In this document: piece by piece, positions 6,914 to 15,018 of the stretch
Layout of the letters: every line of letters begins with the position of its first letter
Position numbering within the stretch: the first letter of the stretch is position 1
Assembly: GCA_027371715.1 (NCBI GenBank)
Contig: DAHXMM010000020.1
Location: 1-32,000, forward strand
Reading direction: 5' to 3'
Origin: Elusimicrobiota bacterium
GTDB taxonomy: Bacteria > Elusimicrobiota > Elusimicrobia > UBA1565 > UBA9628
DNA length: 32,000 bases
Program-made: the position numbers and the translations under genes
The notes under the pieces: generated by a model
Database searches by the model: none
What the model was told of the DNA's origin: nothing
The model's input: only the letters and a program-made list of their open reading frames with translations

Positions 6914-9430
6914 ATGGACATCTTAATGATCGTTTTTATTCCCAGTCTTTTTATCATCCTGGGAGCCCTAATGTTTATCGTCAGCCGGGTGATGGAATTC
7001 TCGCAATCCAATCGTTATTTCGCAAAACAAAGAGGAAACAGCCTTATGTTTACGCGTTTCATGACTCAAATTGCCATGGCCAAAAGCCAACTTGGAAAAA
7101 GAGCCCAGGAATTGGAAGCTCTGTCCATGCGCCTTCAAATGAATAACGAAGAACTTGCCCGGCTCAACAACCTCAAAATGAAATTCTTATCAATGGCGGT
7201 TCATGATATTCGAAATCCACTCACCGCTATTACCGGTTACAGCGACATTTTGTCTCGCAACAAAAATCTAGGACCCAAAGAGCAGGTTTTGTCAAAAATG
7301 ATTTTGACCGCGACCCGGCAAATCAACCATCTGATGGGAGATCTCACCGATCTCGCCGTCATCGAAGCGGGAAAATTTAAAATGGAAATGGCGCCCTTTG
7401 ATCTGGCCGGACTCATCCAGGAAGTAGGGGCCACTTTGACCCCGGGAGCCTCCAACAAAGGCGTCATTCTTTCTGTTCGAGAACCTCCGCCCGGAATTAT
7501 CATCACCGCCGACCGCTACCGCATTTGGCGCGTTTTGACGAATCTTTTGGGAAATGCCGTTAAATTTACCCCTTCTGGAGGACGCGTCGAACTCCGGGCC
7601 GAAGTCGCGGCGGGAATGGCCATGATTTCAGTCCAAGACAACGGCCCCGGGATTCACCCGACCGAACGGCGGAAAATTTTTGAAAAGTTCTACCAGTCAA
7701 AACACATCAAAGATGAAAAAGCCCGCAAGGGCGGCTGGGGATTGGGACTGGCCATCGCCCAAGAAATTGTTCAGTCCCACGGGGGAGAAATCGGAGTCGA
7801 CAGCCGTGGTCTCGGACACGGTTCTACTTTTTGGGTTCGCATTCCTCTTAAAGCCAAGCGCCCCATCCGCTCCAGCCCCATGCGTCTTGCGCTCGCTTTA
7901 ATCGGGTTTTTAGCGCTCTCTTTGGCGCCGAAAAAAACTCAGGCTCAAACTGTTCCCTTCCTTGAAAAATCAAAATTCGAAAAATCATTGGAAACCAAGG
8001 TGGACGGAGTCCTTCTCAATATCTTGGGGCCCAATCGAGCCAAAGTCATCATCAACGCGACCCTCAATTTCACAAAAACCGAAAGCTTTCAAACCGAAGG
8101 CGCCAGCATCACGACGACAAAAACCTCGGGGCTTCCGTATCTTTGGCAAGAACCCAGTAAAACGGCGCAACCCGAAGAGTTGCTACCGGGAGTGCCGCTT
8201 GATTCCGGCGGCCCGGCTCTTCCCACGCCGCCGCCATCCATCAAGGGCTATAAAAAAGAAGATTCCTTCCCCGCCGAATTTATCAAAAGATTAGACGTCA
8301 CTCTCATTTTGGATAATTCCGTCAAGGGAAACCGGAGCGCCGAAATCGGCAAAATTACGGCCGATCTTCTCAGTCTCAATCCTAAACGAGGAGATTCTCT
8401 GACCGTGGTCCACACCGAGTTTTCTCCGATCTGGAAAACCGTTTGGTACTCTCCGGAAACTGCCGGTATGCTTCTTAAATATATTTTAACCGGATTTCTC
8501 TTTTTTATGGCGCTCATCGTCATCGCCGTCGGATTTATCAAAATCGCCAACGCCATGCGCATGATGGCCAACGCACAATCCCAGCAAATCTCAATGGAAA
8601 TGAAGGGGCTTGATGGCGAGGGGGGAAATGGACCGGGCGGAGTTTTAGGACATAATACGCTCATGATTGGGGATCAGAAATCGGGAGAAAACGCCCCTGA
8701 AAACAAAAACGAACCGGTCATGTTTGACGTGCGAATGGACCAAGTAGAAACCCTGGCTCAAATGCTTCTCCCCGAACCACCTGAAAATGTCGCCATTGTT
8801 GCCTCGCGCTTGACTCCGGATGTTTCAAAAAGGCTCATCGACGCCCTCCCGCCGGAACTGGCGAGCGCGGTCGTCAGTCAACTCGCCCGCCCGCGCTTTA
8901 TCGATCCGGAAATTATCGTCAACTTAAAGGAAGAGTTAGAACGGCGTCTTTCCGGCGCGGTCGGAGGAGTGCATTATCTCGCGGAACTGATGTCGGCCGC
9001 CAGCCAAAAAAGGCGTCATGAAATGCTGGAAGCCGTTCGCTCTCAAAACCAAAACCTCGCCGAGGAACTCAGAAAACGAGTCTTTTTCATCGAGGATCTC
9101 TCAAAACTAACCCAACAAGAATGGTCGTATCTCTTGTCCTTGGTCACTTATCAAGAATGGAGCGCCGGTCTCCATGAGGGTCCCCAAGTCGTCGTTGAAG
9201 CCATCAAACAAAATGTCTCAGAAAAAGCCTGGGGGGTTCTCAGCGAGATGATTGAAGCGGCTTCTCCCACAACAGAACAAACAGAAACGGCGCAAGATAA
9301 AATCGGTCAAAGCGTCTCAGAACTCATCCGGGAACAAAGAATCAAAACCATTGCGCCGCAATTGGGACTTCAAATTCATGAATCTCCAGTTGAAGAAGAA
9401 AAAGGCGCGGAAAGTAGTAAGGGCTCGTGA
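6914..9430 (+). CDS. Histidine kinase (HisKA-HATPase_c) fused in frame to FliF C-terminal-like periplasmic domain, a TM helix and FliG-like M/C domains
   Basis: N-terminal TM MDILMIVFIPSLFIILGALMFIVSRV; H-box SMAVHDIRNPLTAITGYSDIL; N-box NLLGNAVKFTPSGG; G1 VQDNGPGI; G2 GGWGLGLAIAQEIV. Then TM/signal-like MRLALALIGFLALSLAP; FliF_C-like FEKSLETKVDGVLLNILGPNRAKVIINATLNF and IKRLDVTLILDNSV...AEIGKITADLLSLNPKRGDSLTVVHTEFSP; TM LLKYILTGFLFFMALIVIAVGFI; FliG-like ENVAIVASRLTPDVSKRLIDALPPELASAVVSQLA...GGVHYLAELMSAASQKRRHEMLEAVRSQNQNLAEELRKRVFFIEDLSKL...QNVSEKAWGVLSEMIE. The track start at 6863 precedes the better RBS-supported ATG at 6914. Confidence 0.85.
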   Translation: MDILMIVFIPSLFIILGALMFIVSRVMEFSQSNRYFAKQRGNSLMFTRFMTQIAMAKSQLGKRAQELEALSMRLQMNNEELARLNNLKMKFLSMAVHDIRNPLTAITGYSDILSRNKNLGPKEQVLSKMILTATRQINHLMGDLTDLAVIEAGKFKMEMAPFDLAGLIQEVGATLTPGASNKGVILSVREPPPGIIITADRYRIWRVLTNLLGNAVKFTPSGGRVELRAEVAAGMAMISVQDNGPGIHPTERRKIFEKFYQSKHIKDEKARKGGWGLGLAIAQEIVQSHGGEIGVDSRGLGHGSTFWVRIPLKAKRPIRSSPMRLALALIGFLALSLAPKKTQAQTVPFLEKSKFEKSLETKVDGVLLNILGPNRAKVIINATLNFTKTESFQTEGASITTTKTSGLPYLWQEPSKTAQPEELLPGVPLDSGGPALPTPPPSIKGYKKEDSFPAEFIKRLDVTLILDNSVKGNRSAEIGKITADLLSLNPKRGDSLTVVHTEFSPIWKTVWYSPETAGMLLKYILTGFLFFMALIVIAVGFIKIANAMRMMANAQSQQISMEMKGLDGEGGNGPGGVLGHNTLMIGDQKSGENAPENKNEPVMFDVRMDQVETLAQMLLPEPPENVAIVASRLTPDVSKRLIDALPPELASAVVSQLARPRFIDPEIIVNLKEELERRLSGAVGGVHYLAELMSAASQKRRHEMLEAVRSQNQNLAEELRKRVFFIEDLSKLTQQEWSYLLSLVTYQEWSAGLHEGPQVVVEAIKQNVSEKAWGVLSEMIEAASPTTEQTETAQDKIGQSVSELIREQRIKTIAPQLGLQIHESPVEEEKGAESSKGS

Positions 9431-9498
9431 CAAAATAATAACAGTCTCTATTTACTTCGTCATTTCTTCATGATTCAATACCATTTTTGTTCTATCCT

Positions 9499-10443
9499 AT
9501 GGGTATGGCTGAAAGTCCGAAAGGTTCCATCTTTTCCTCCTTAAGGGCGCTGGAAGAAATTCCGGAAGAAACTCCCGCCGCGCCTCCGACTTCGCAAAAC
9601 CCTTCACCCTCTCCCACCCCCGCCGCACAAACACCAACGCCCACGCCGCCACCTTCGCAAGCGCCTCCTCCATCAGATGAGACTTTGAAAGCCGTGGAGT
9701 CAAAAATCGAAAAGTTAGAACAAAAAATCCAGGAGATGGGGACAGTCCCCAATTCAGACCCTCATCTTAACCGTATTGAAGCCCTGGAGCAAAAATTGCA
9801 ACAAATGCAGGAACGCGCCATTCAGGCGGAGGTCGCTCTCAGAGAGCGCGAGAAATCCCAAGAAGCCGCCCGGCGCGAGACGGAATCTCTTCTTCAAAAT
9901 TTAGCGTCCCAGCGCCGGCTTGAAGAATCGGACCGGCAAATGAAGGAAAATCTGGCTTATTGCCGACGCCGAATCGAAGAATTGGAGGAAAAACAATCCT
10001 CTATTAAAATTCCGGATACCCAACAATCGGAAAATGAGTTTAAATCCCTCCTAAAAAGTTTTATGGAACAGATCGAGCTAAAAACAACTCCGGTTTTAGC
10101 GTCTCTTGTTGATCTCAGGAAAGAAAATGAAAACCGCGAAAAAGAAAATCGCGGCATGGAGCAAAGGATAAACGAGATTGAGAAAAATATCAATTCTTTT
10201 TTTTCGACAGAGTTAGGGCAAGCGAGCGCTCTAGCAGAAGGATTACGCCACCTAAAACAAACCGTGGAACGAGTCAACACGGAAACCGCGGAAAAACTCG
10301 AAAAAATAAGCGCCGCTCTAAGCCTATTAGAATTTAGGCATTCCCAAGCGAAAAACACAACAGAAGAATTACGCGCTCTCGATAAAGACTTTCAGAAAAT
10401 ACTCTCCATTCTCGATGCCAGCGTTTCCAACTCGCCCAAATAA
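9499..10443 (+). CDS. Pro-rich linker plus long coiled-coil protein, no recognised family
   Basis: PSPSPTPAAQTPTPTPPPSQAPPPS, then heptad-rich ETLKAVESKIEKLEQKIQE...; ATG 9499 preferred over TTG 9487. Confidence 0.75.
   Translation: MGMAESPKGSIFSSLRALEEIPEETPAAPPTSQNPSPSPTPAAQTPTPTPPPSQAPPPSDETLKAVESKIEKLEQKIQEMGTVPNSDPHLNRIEALEQKLQQMQERAIQAEVALREREKSQEAARRETESLLQNLASQRRLEESDRQMKENLAYCRRRIEELEEKQSSIKIPDTQQSENEFKSLLKSFMEQIELKTTPVLASLVDLRKENENREKENRGMEQRINEIEKNINSFFSTELGQASALAEGLRHLKQTVERVNTETAEKLEKISAALSLLEFRHSQAKNTTEELRALDKDFQKILSILDASVSNSPK
9739..9749. repeat. GGGACAGTCCC inside coiled-coil CDS
   Basis: TGGGGACAGTCCCCA 9737-9751; read as EMGTVPNS. Confidence 0.9.
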
Positions 10444-10444
10444 A

Positions 10445-10455
10445 GGGATAGTCCC
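10445..10455. repeat. Degenerate copy GGGATAGTCCC between coiled-coil gene and motA
   Basis: One mismatch; directly after stop codon TAA. Confidence 0.7.
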
Positions 10456-10500
10456 TATTAGTATTTGGAATTCTCTTTTCTTTCCTATATAATAAGCAAC

Positions 10501-11238
10501 ATGGAACTAACATCGATCATCGGTCTAGGGGCTATTCTAATTTTAACTGCGATTGGCCTTGCCACTGGAGGGCTTCCGGCGGTTTTCATCAACTGGCATG
10601 GAATTGGAATCGTGCTTGGGGGAACTTTTTGCGCCCTCATGATCAACACCCCACTGGATATTTTGCTCAGAACCGGATCGTCTGTGACCGATTTAATTTC
10701 GGCCGATCCTTATGTCGACCGGATCGCTCTTGTGGACGCCATCATGACACTAGCACAAGAGGTTCAATCCCGGGGAATTAACGCCTTTAACAATGTCAAT
10801 AAAACAGTGGCCGCCGGGTATCTCGCTTACGCCGCTCAAATCGCGGTTGAATATAACAACCCTGAAACCCTCCGACAGGTGCTGGAAAATGAGATCATTC
10901 AAAATTCCGATTTACAGAACGAAGCGGTCAACGTTTTTAGAACCGCCGGAATTTTGGCGCCGATGTTCGGACTTTTGGGAACCTTAATTGGAATTGTCGA
11001 GGTTCTGCGCCAAATCGCCAACCCCGCACAAGTGGGTTCCGCCATGGCGGTCGCCATTACGACCGCTTTTTATGGCATCGCGACCGCAAACGTTTTTTGC
11101 GTGCCGATAGCCGGTAAACTAAGAATTCGCTACTGGAGAGAAACGCAGGCCAAGACCATGATTTTGGAAGGCGTCTTTGAAATCCTCCAGCGAACGCCCG
11201 CCGTCATTATCTCGCGGAAACTGAAATCTTATCTATGA
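10501..11238 (+). CDS. motA: MotA-like stator proton/ion channel subunit (MotA/TolQ/ExbB superfamily)
   Basis: MELTSIIGLGAILILTAIGLATGGLPAVFINWHGIGIVLGGTFCALMINTP; AGILAPMFGLLGTLIGIVEVLRQIANPAQVGSAMAVAITTAFYGIATANVFCVPIAGKLRIR. Confidence 0.9.
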   Translation: MELTSIIGLGAILILTAIGLATGGLPAVFINWHGIGIVLGGTFCALMINTPLDILLRTGSSVTDLISADPYVDRIALVDAIMTLAQEVQSRGINAFNNVNKTVAAGYLAYAAQIAVEYNNPETLRQVLENEIIQNSDLQNEAVNVFRTAGILAPMFGLLGTLIGIVEVLRQIANPAQVGSAMAVAITTAFYGIATANVFCVPIAGKLRIRYWRETQAKTMILEGVFEILQRTPAVIISRKLKSYL

Positions 11239-11246
11239 ATGAATTG

Positions 11247-11257
11247 GGGACTGTCCC
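11247..11257. repeat. GGGACTGTCCC between motA and motB
   Basis: gaattgGGGACTGTCCCtaattatt. Confidence 0.9.
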
Positions 11258-11269
11258 TAATTATTAATT

Positions 11270-11962
11270 ATGAGACGCTCAAGGCACGAAGACCTCGAAA
11301 ATCAGCTTGCGAAATCCGCCCAATGGGCCATTACCTATGGGGATTTCATGAGTTATCTCATGATTTTCTTTCTCATCATGTTTTCTTTCACGCTTTCAAA
11401 ATCCGGAGGGAAAACTACGGAAAACGTTAAGTATCAGGAATCCCTCATTAAAATTCAGAAGGTCTTTGGCGGGAAGGGAAGCTCCGTGGATTATGATCGC
11501 CTGATTAAGCGCGAAAAAGAAGAGTCCATGGTCACCCAACTTAAACAAGCTCTTGATAAAAAGGATTTGTCAAAATACGCGAAAATAGAAACCTGGGATA
11601 AAAAAATTCGACTCATCTTAGCCAGCGCGGTTCTTTTTGACTCCGGCCGAGCAAGCTTAGCCCCGCGATCGGAAAAAATTTTAGCCGCCGTCGCCCAACA
11701 ACTTAAAACCTTGGACAACCCGATTCAAATTGAAGGGCATACCGATAACGTTCCTATTAACGGCGGACGCTATAAATCCAATTGGGAACTTTCAATGGCG
11801 CGCGCCTACTCAGTTCTCGTTTTTTTTGAGAAACAAGGCATCGCGCCTCAACGTTTGTCCGCCATCGGCTACGGCCAATATCACCCCATCGCCGACAACA
11901 AAACGCCGGAAGGACGCGCTAAAAATCGTAGAATCGAGATAGATTTATTACGGACGGAATGA
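11270..11962 (+). CDS. motB: MotB-like protein (MotB plug + OmpA peptidoglycan-binding domain)
   Basis: WAITYGDFMSYLMIFFLIMFSFTLSKSGG (single TM with conserved Asp) and IEGHTDNVPINGGRYKSNWELSMARAYSVLVFFEKQGIAPQRLSAIGYGQYHPIADNKTPEGRAKNRRIEI. Confidence 0.9.
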   Translation: MRRSRHEDLENQLAKSAQWAITYGDFMSYLMIFFLIMFSFTLSKSGGKTTENVKYQESLIKIQKVFGGKGSSVDYDRLIKREKEESMVTQLKQALDKKDLSKYAKIETWDKKIRLILASAVLFDSGRASLAPRSEKILAAVAQQLKTLDNPIQIEGHTDNVPINGGRYKSNWELSMARAYSVLVFFEKQGIAPQRLSAIGYGQYHPIADNKTPEGRAKNRRIEIDLLRTE

Positions 11963-11976
11963 AAGGGAGATCAAAA

Positions 11977-12999
11977 ATGAAAGAATTGTGGGCTATTCTC
12001 TGCACCATCCTAGTCTTGCCGGTCGCGGCTTTTTCAGCCGCCTCATCCGGAACGAATAATTCGAACACTGCCCCTTATCAAGGAGCCACGGCGCCGCATC
12101 CAAAACTTCCGCAAGATCCTTATCTCACGGCCCTTGACGACATCAAAAGCCCGATTCCCTCGGTTCGTTTGGCGGCAGTTCAAGTTTTAGCTCAAAACCG
12201 TAATCCTGCCTCCATCGCGCCTCTGACCCAAGCCCTTTCCGATAAAAACCCGGCGGTCTGCGCCGCCGCCATTCACGCCTTGGGTCTTTTAAGGGTTAAG
12301 GCCGTAGCTCCAAAAATCGCGCAACTTTTAGCCACCTCCCAAGCTTCCCAAGTCAGGCAAAACGCCGCCGTCGCCTTGGCTTATCTGGCCGATCCGGCGG
12401 CCATCCCCACCTTAATTTCCGCTATTTCCGATTCTCATCGAAGCGTTCGCTATGCGGCAATTAAAACCTTGGGCAGTCTCCACGCCCAGGCTGCATTACC
12501 GGCCCTCATTAACACGCTTAAAAGTTCAAACGCTAATATCCGAGAGACCGCCGCTGCGGCCCTGGGGCAAATTCAATCTCCAAAAGCCTCATCCGCCCTT
12601 GCCGCTTTAACGACCGACCCCAACATCCAAGTTCGAGAGGCCGCCGTCATCGCGCTTGGTTCAACCGGAGGCAAGACCGCCATCTCGCCCCTCCTCAAAG
12701 CGCTTAAGGATTCGAATTTTTCCGTCAGTCTTGATGCGGCCCGCTCTCTTTCAAAACTGGGAAATTTTAAGGGAAAAAGCGTCGCGCTCAAGGGATTGAG
12801 CCAAAAAAACTCCTTTCTCAGGCAAGAAGCCGTCACGGTTTTAGGAATGACCGGAGGGAAAAAAGCTCTCCTTGCGCTTGAAAAACTTTCTAAAAAAGAA
12901 AAAGATCCCGCGACGATTAGCCTCATTGGTTTTGCCGAAGCCCAAATCAAGGGACGCCTTGGAATAAGACCCACGCCTCCTCAATCGCGCAAAAAATGA
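11977..12999 (+). CDS. Exported HEAT-repeat protein
   Basis: Signal peptide MKELWAILCTILVLPVAAFSAA; tandem HEAT units (PSVRLAAVQVLAQ..., SQVRQNAAVALAYLAD..., RSVRYAAIKTLGSLH..., IQVREAAVIALGSTG...). ATG 11977 with upstream GGGAG. Confidence 0.85.
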   Translation: MKELWAILCTILVLPVAAFSAASSGTNNSNTAPYQGATAPHPKLPQDPYLTALDDIKSPIPSVRLAAVQVLAQNRNPASIAPLTQALSDKNPAVCAAAIHALGLLRVKAVAPKIAQLLATSQASQVRQNAAVALAYLADPAAIPTLISAISDSHRSVRYAAIKTLGSLHAQAALPALINTLKSSNANIRETAAAALGQIQSPKASSALAALTTDPNIQVREAAVIALGSTGGKTAISPLLKALKDSNFSVSLDAARSLSKLGNFKGKSVALKGLSQKNSFLRQEAVTVLGMTGGKKALLALEKLSKKEKDPATISLIGFAEAQIKGRLGIRPTPPQSRKK

Positions 13000-15011
13000 G
13001 ACGCCTCTTCGGCCTTTTCTTTTCGCTGGCCTTAAGTTTTCTTTTTATCTTTCTTTATCGGCCAGCCATATTTGAACTCCAAGCCAACGATGTCTTTAAT
13101 AATCTGGAAAACTCTTGGCAGGATTTTCTTTTTCGCGTCAATAGAAATCACCTAAAGCACGGAGACCCTCGCATCATCATCGCGGCCATTGATGATCCCA
13201 CCCTTCATCAATACGGATACCCGCTTCCTAGAATAATTTATGCGAAGCTCTTAGATCGTCTTCACGAGTTAAAAGTCAAGACCGTGGCCTTCGACGTCCT
13301 TTTCGCGGACCCCCGAAAAGGAGATTCTGATTTAGCGCGCGCTCTAGGGAAATTTAATAAAAGCGTTCTCGCCTATGCTTATGATCAAAACAGTTCCGAA
13401 CATTTCGTTTTGCCCACGCGCCCGCTCTATCAAGCCGCAAAAAGACTTGGGTATGTCAATGTGGGAAATTGCATAGATCCTGATGGGCATATCCGAGAAT
13501 TTCAAATTTTTCAGTCTTCTTTTAAAAACCCAAAAACAAATTCGATGGGAGAAGCTCTCTCGGTTCCGACGCTCGCCTATTTTACAGGGCAACTCTTTGA
13601 AAAGACCACCGGCCTCGGCCCAACCGACGCGCATTTCTACATTAATTTTAGGCCGCCTACTTATGCCAACGATCAAGACGTGCTGTTCTCTTATCCCGTT
13701 TTTTCCATCGCCAAGATTTTAAGCAAAAACCTTCCGCAAAAAGAGAAAGATGCTTTAAAAGGAGCCTTAGTTCTTGTCGGCTCAACCGCCCTTTCCGCTT
13801 TCGATCATTATCCCTCGCCCTTTAGCGATGCCAGTCCCGGAGTCGAATATCACGCTAACATTCTGGACAATCTTCTTCATCGCAACTGGATGCGCCCCTT
13901 TTCGCCTTTTTATCAGATATTCATCATACTTTTGTTTATCTGGCTTCCCTTTTTTCTGAGACGCGCGCCGACGCAGTGGGAAACGTTTTCGGTTTTTGGG
14001 GTTTTCTTGGCCTGGCTTTGTTTTTGCGAATGGCAATTTTTGAAAGGAGTTCGCGTGGAATTCGTCCTACCCTCTGCCGCTCTTTTGACGTCTTTTGTCG
14101 GCGAAACTATCCATCAAGCCTTGACCGAGGGGCGGGAGAAAAAATTCATCAAGAACTTATTTACTCAATTTGTCTCTCCCGAAGTGGTTGAGGACCTCGC
14201 CAAAAACCCTGACAAAATTAAACTGGGGGGAGAAAAAAAAGACATGACGGTTCTTTTTTTGGACATCGCCCATTTTACCAGCATCTCAGAAAAAATGTCG
14301 CCGGAAGAACTCATCAAGTTTCTCAATCTCTATCTCTCGCGTTTGAGCCAAGTCATTTACGATTACGGCGGGGTCGTTGATAAATATATTGGAGACTCCA
14401 TCATGGCTTTTTGGAACGCTCCATTAGAAGTAAAATCCCATCGCATGAAGGCCTGCCTTGCGGCGTTATCCCTTCAAGACGCCGTTTTAGAACTCAACAA
14501 AAATCTGCCTTCAAGCATCCCACATCCACCTCAAGTGAGAATTGGAATCAATTCCGGCATTGTCACCGTGGGCCTTACTGGAAGCGAACATAAACTTCAA
14601 TATACCGTGATCGGAGATGAAGTTAATTTAGCCTCTCGCCTTGAAGGGGCCAATAAGTTTTTTAAATCGCAGACCATGATCAGCGAAGCCGTTTACGCCG
14701 AAGCCAAAGCGGAAATAGAGGCTCGGGAAATCGGGATTATCCGCGTTCTTGGGAAAGAAACCCCCATCAAGACTTATCAGATTCTGGCTCGAAAAGGAGC
14801 GCTTTCCCGCTCCTGGAAAACAGCCCTTCCGATTTACAATCAAGCGCTTCAAGACGTACGAAACAAGGAATACGTCAATGCCATCCATCTTTTTGAAACT
14901 TTCCTTAAAATTATTCCCAATGACGGAACCGCCTCATTTTATCTCTCCGCTTGTAAAAAAGCCCAAGAGAGCACTCCATGGGATGGAATTATTCATCTGA
15001 CCTCTAAATAA
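12996..15011 (+). CDS. CHASE2-sensor class III adenylate/guanylate cyclase with C-terminal TPR
   Basis: Periplasmic CHASE2-like IIIAAIDDPTLHQYG.PLPRIIYAKLLDRLHELKVKTVAFDVLFADP; cyclase MTVLFLDIAHFTSISEKMSPEELIKFLNLYLSRLSQVIYDYGGVVDKYIGDSIMAFWNAP; GDEVNLASRLEG. Overlaps the HEAT gene stop (ATGA). Confidence 0.92.
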   Translation: MRRLFGLFFSLALSFLFIFLYRPAIFELQANDVFNNLENSWQDFLFRVNRNHLKHGDPRIIIAAIDDPTLHQYGYPLPRIIYAKLLDRLHELKVKTVAFDVLFADPRKGDSDLARALGKFNKSVLAYAYDQNSSEHFVLPTRPLYQAAKRLGYVNVGNCIDPDGHIREFQIFQSSFKNPKTNSMGEALSVPTLAYFTGQLFEKTTGLGPTDAHFYINFRPPTYANDQDVLFSYPVFSIAKILSKNLPQKEKDALKGALVLVGSTALSAFDHYPSPFSDASPGVEYHANILDNLLHRNWMRPFSPFYQIFIILLFIWLPFFLRRAPTQWETFSVFGVFLAWLCFCEWQFLKGVRVEFVLPSAALLTSFVGETIHQALTEGREKKFIKNLFTQFVSPEVVEDLAKNPDKIKLGGEKKDMTVLFLDIAHFTSISEKMSPEELIKFLNLYLSRLSQVIYDYGGVVDKYIGDSIMAFWNAPLEVKSHRMKACLAALSLQDAVLELNKNLPSSIPHPPQVRIGINSGIVTVGLTGSEHKLQYTVIGDEVNLASRLEGANKFFKSQTMISEAVYAEAKAEIEAREIGIIRVLGKETPIKTYQILARKGALSRSWKTALPIYNQALQDVRNKEYVNAIHLFETFLKIIPNDGTASFYLSACKKAQESTPWDGIIHLTSK

Positions 15012-15018
15012 ACCCTGC

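Noticed and set aside
7880-7882. Internal ATG as start of a separate FliF/FliG gene
   Set aside because: Signal-peptide-like start is tempting, but there is no upstream stop codon or Shine-Dalgarno and the kinase frame runs straight through; kept as an explicit alternative in the fusion finding.
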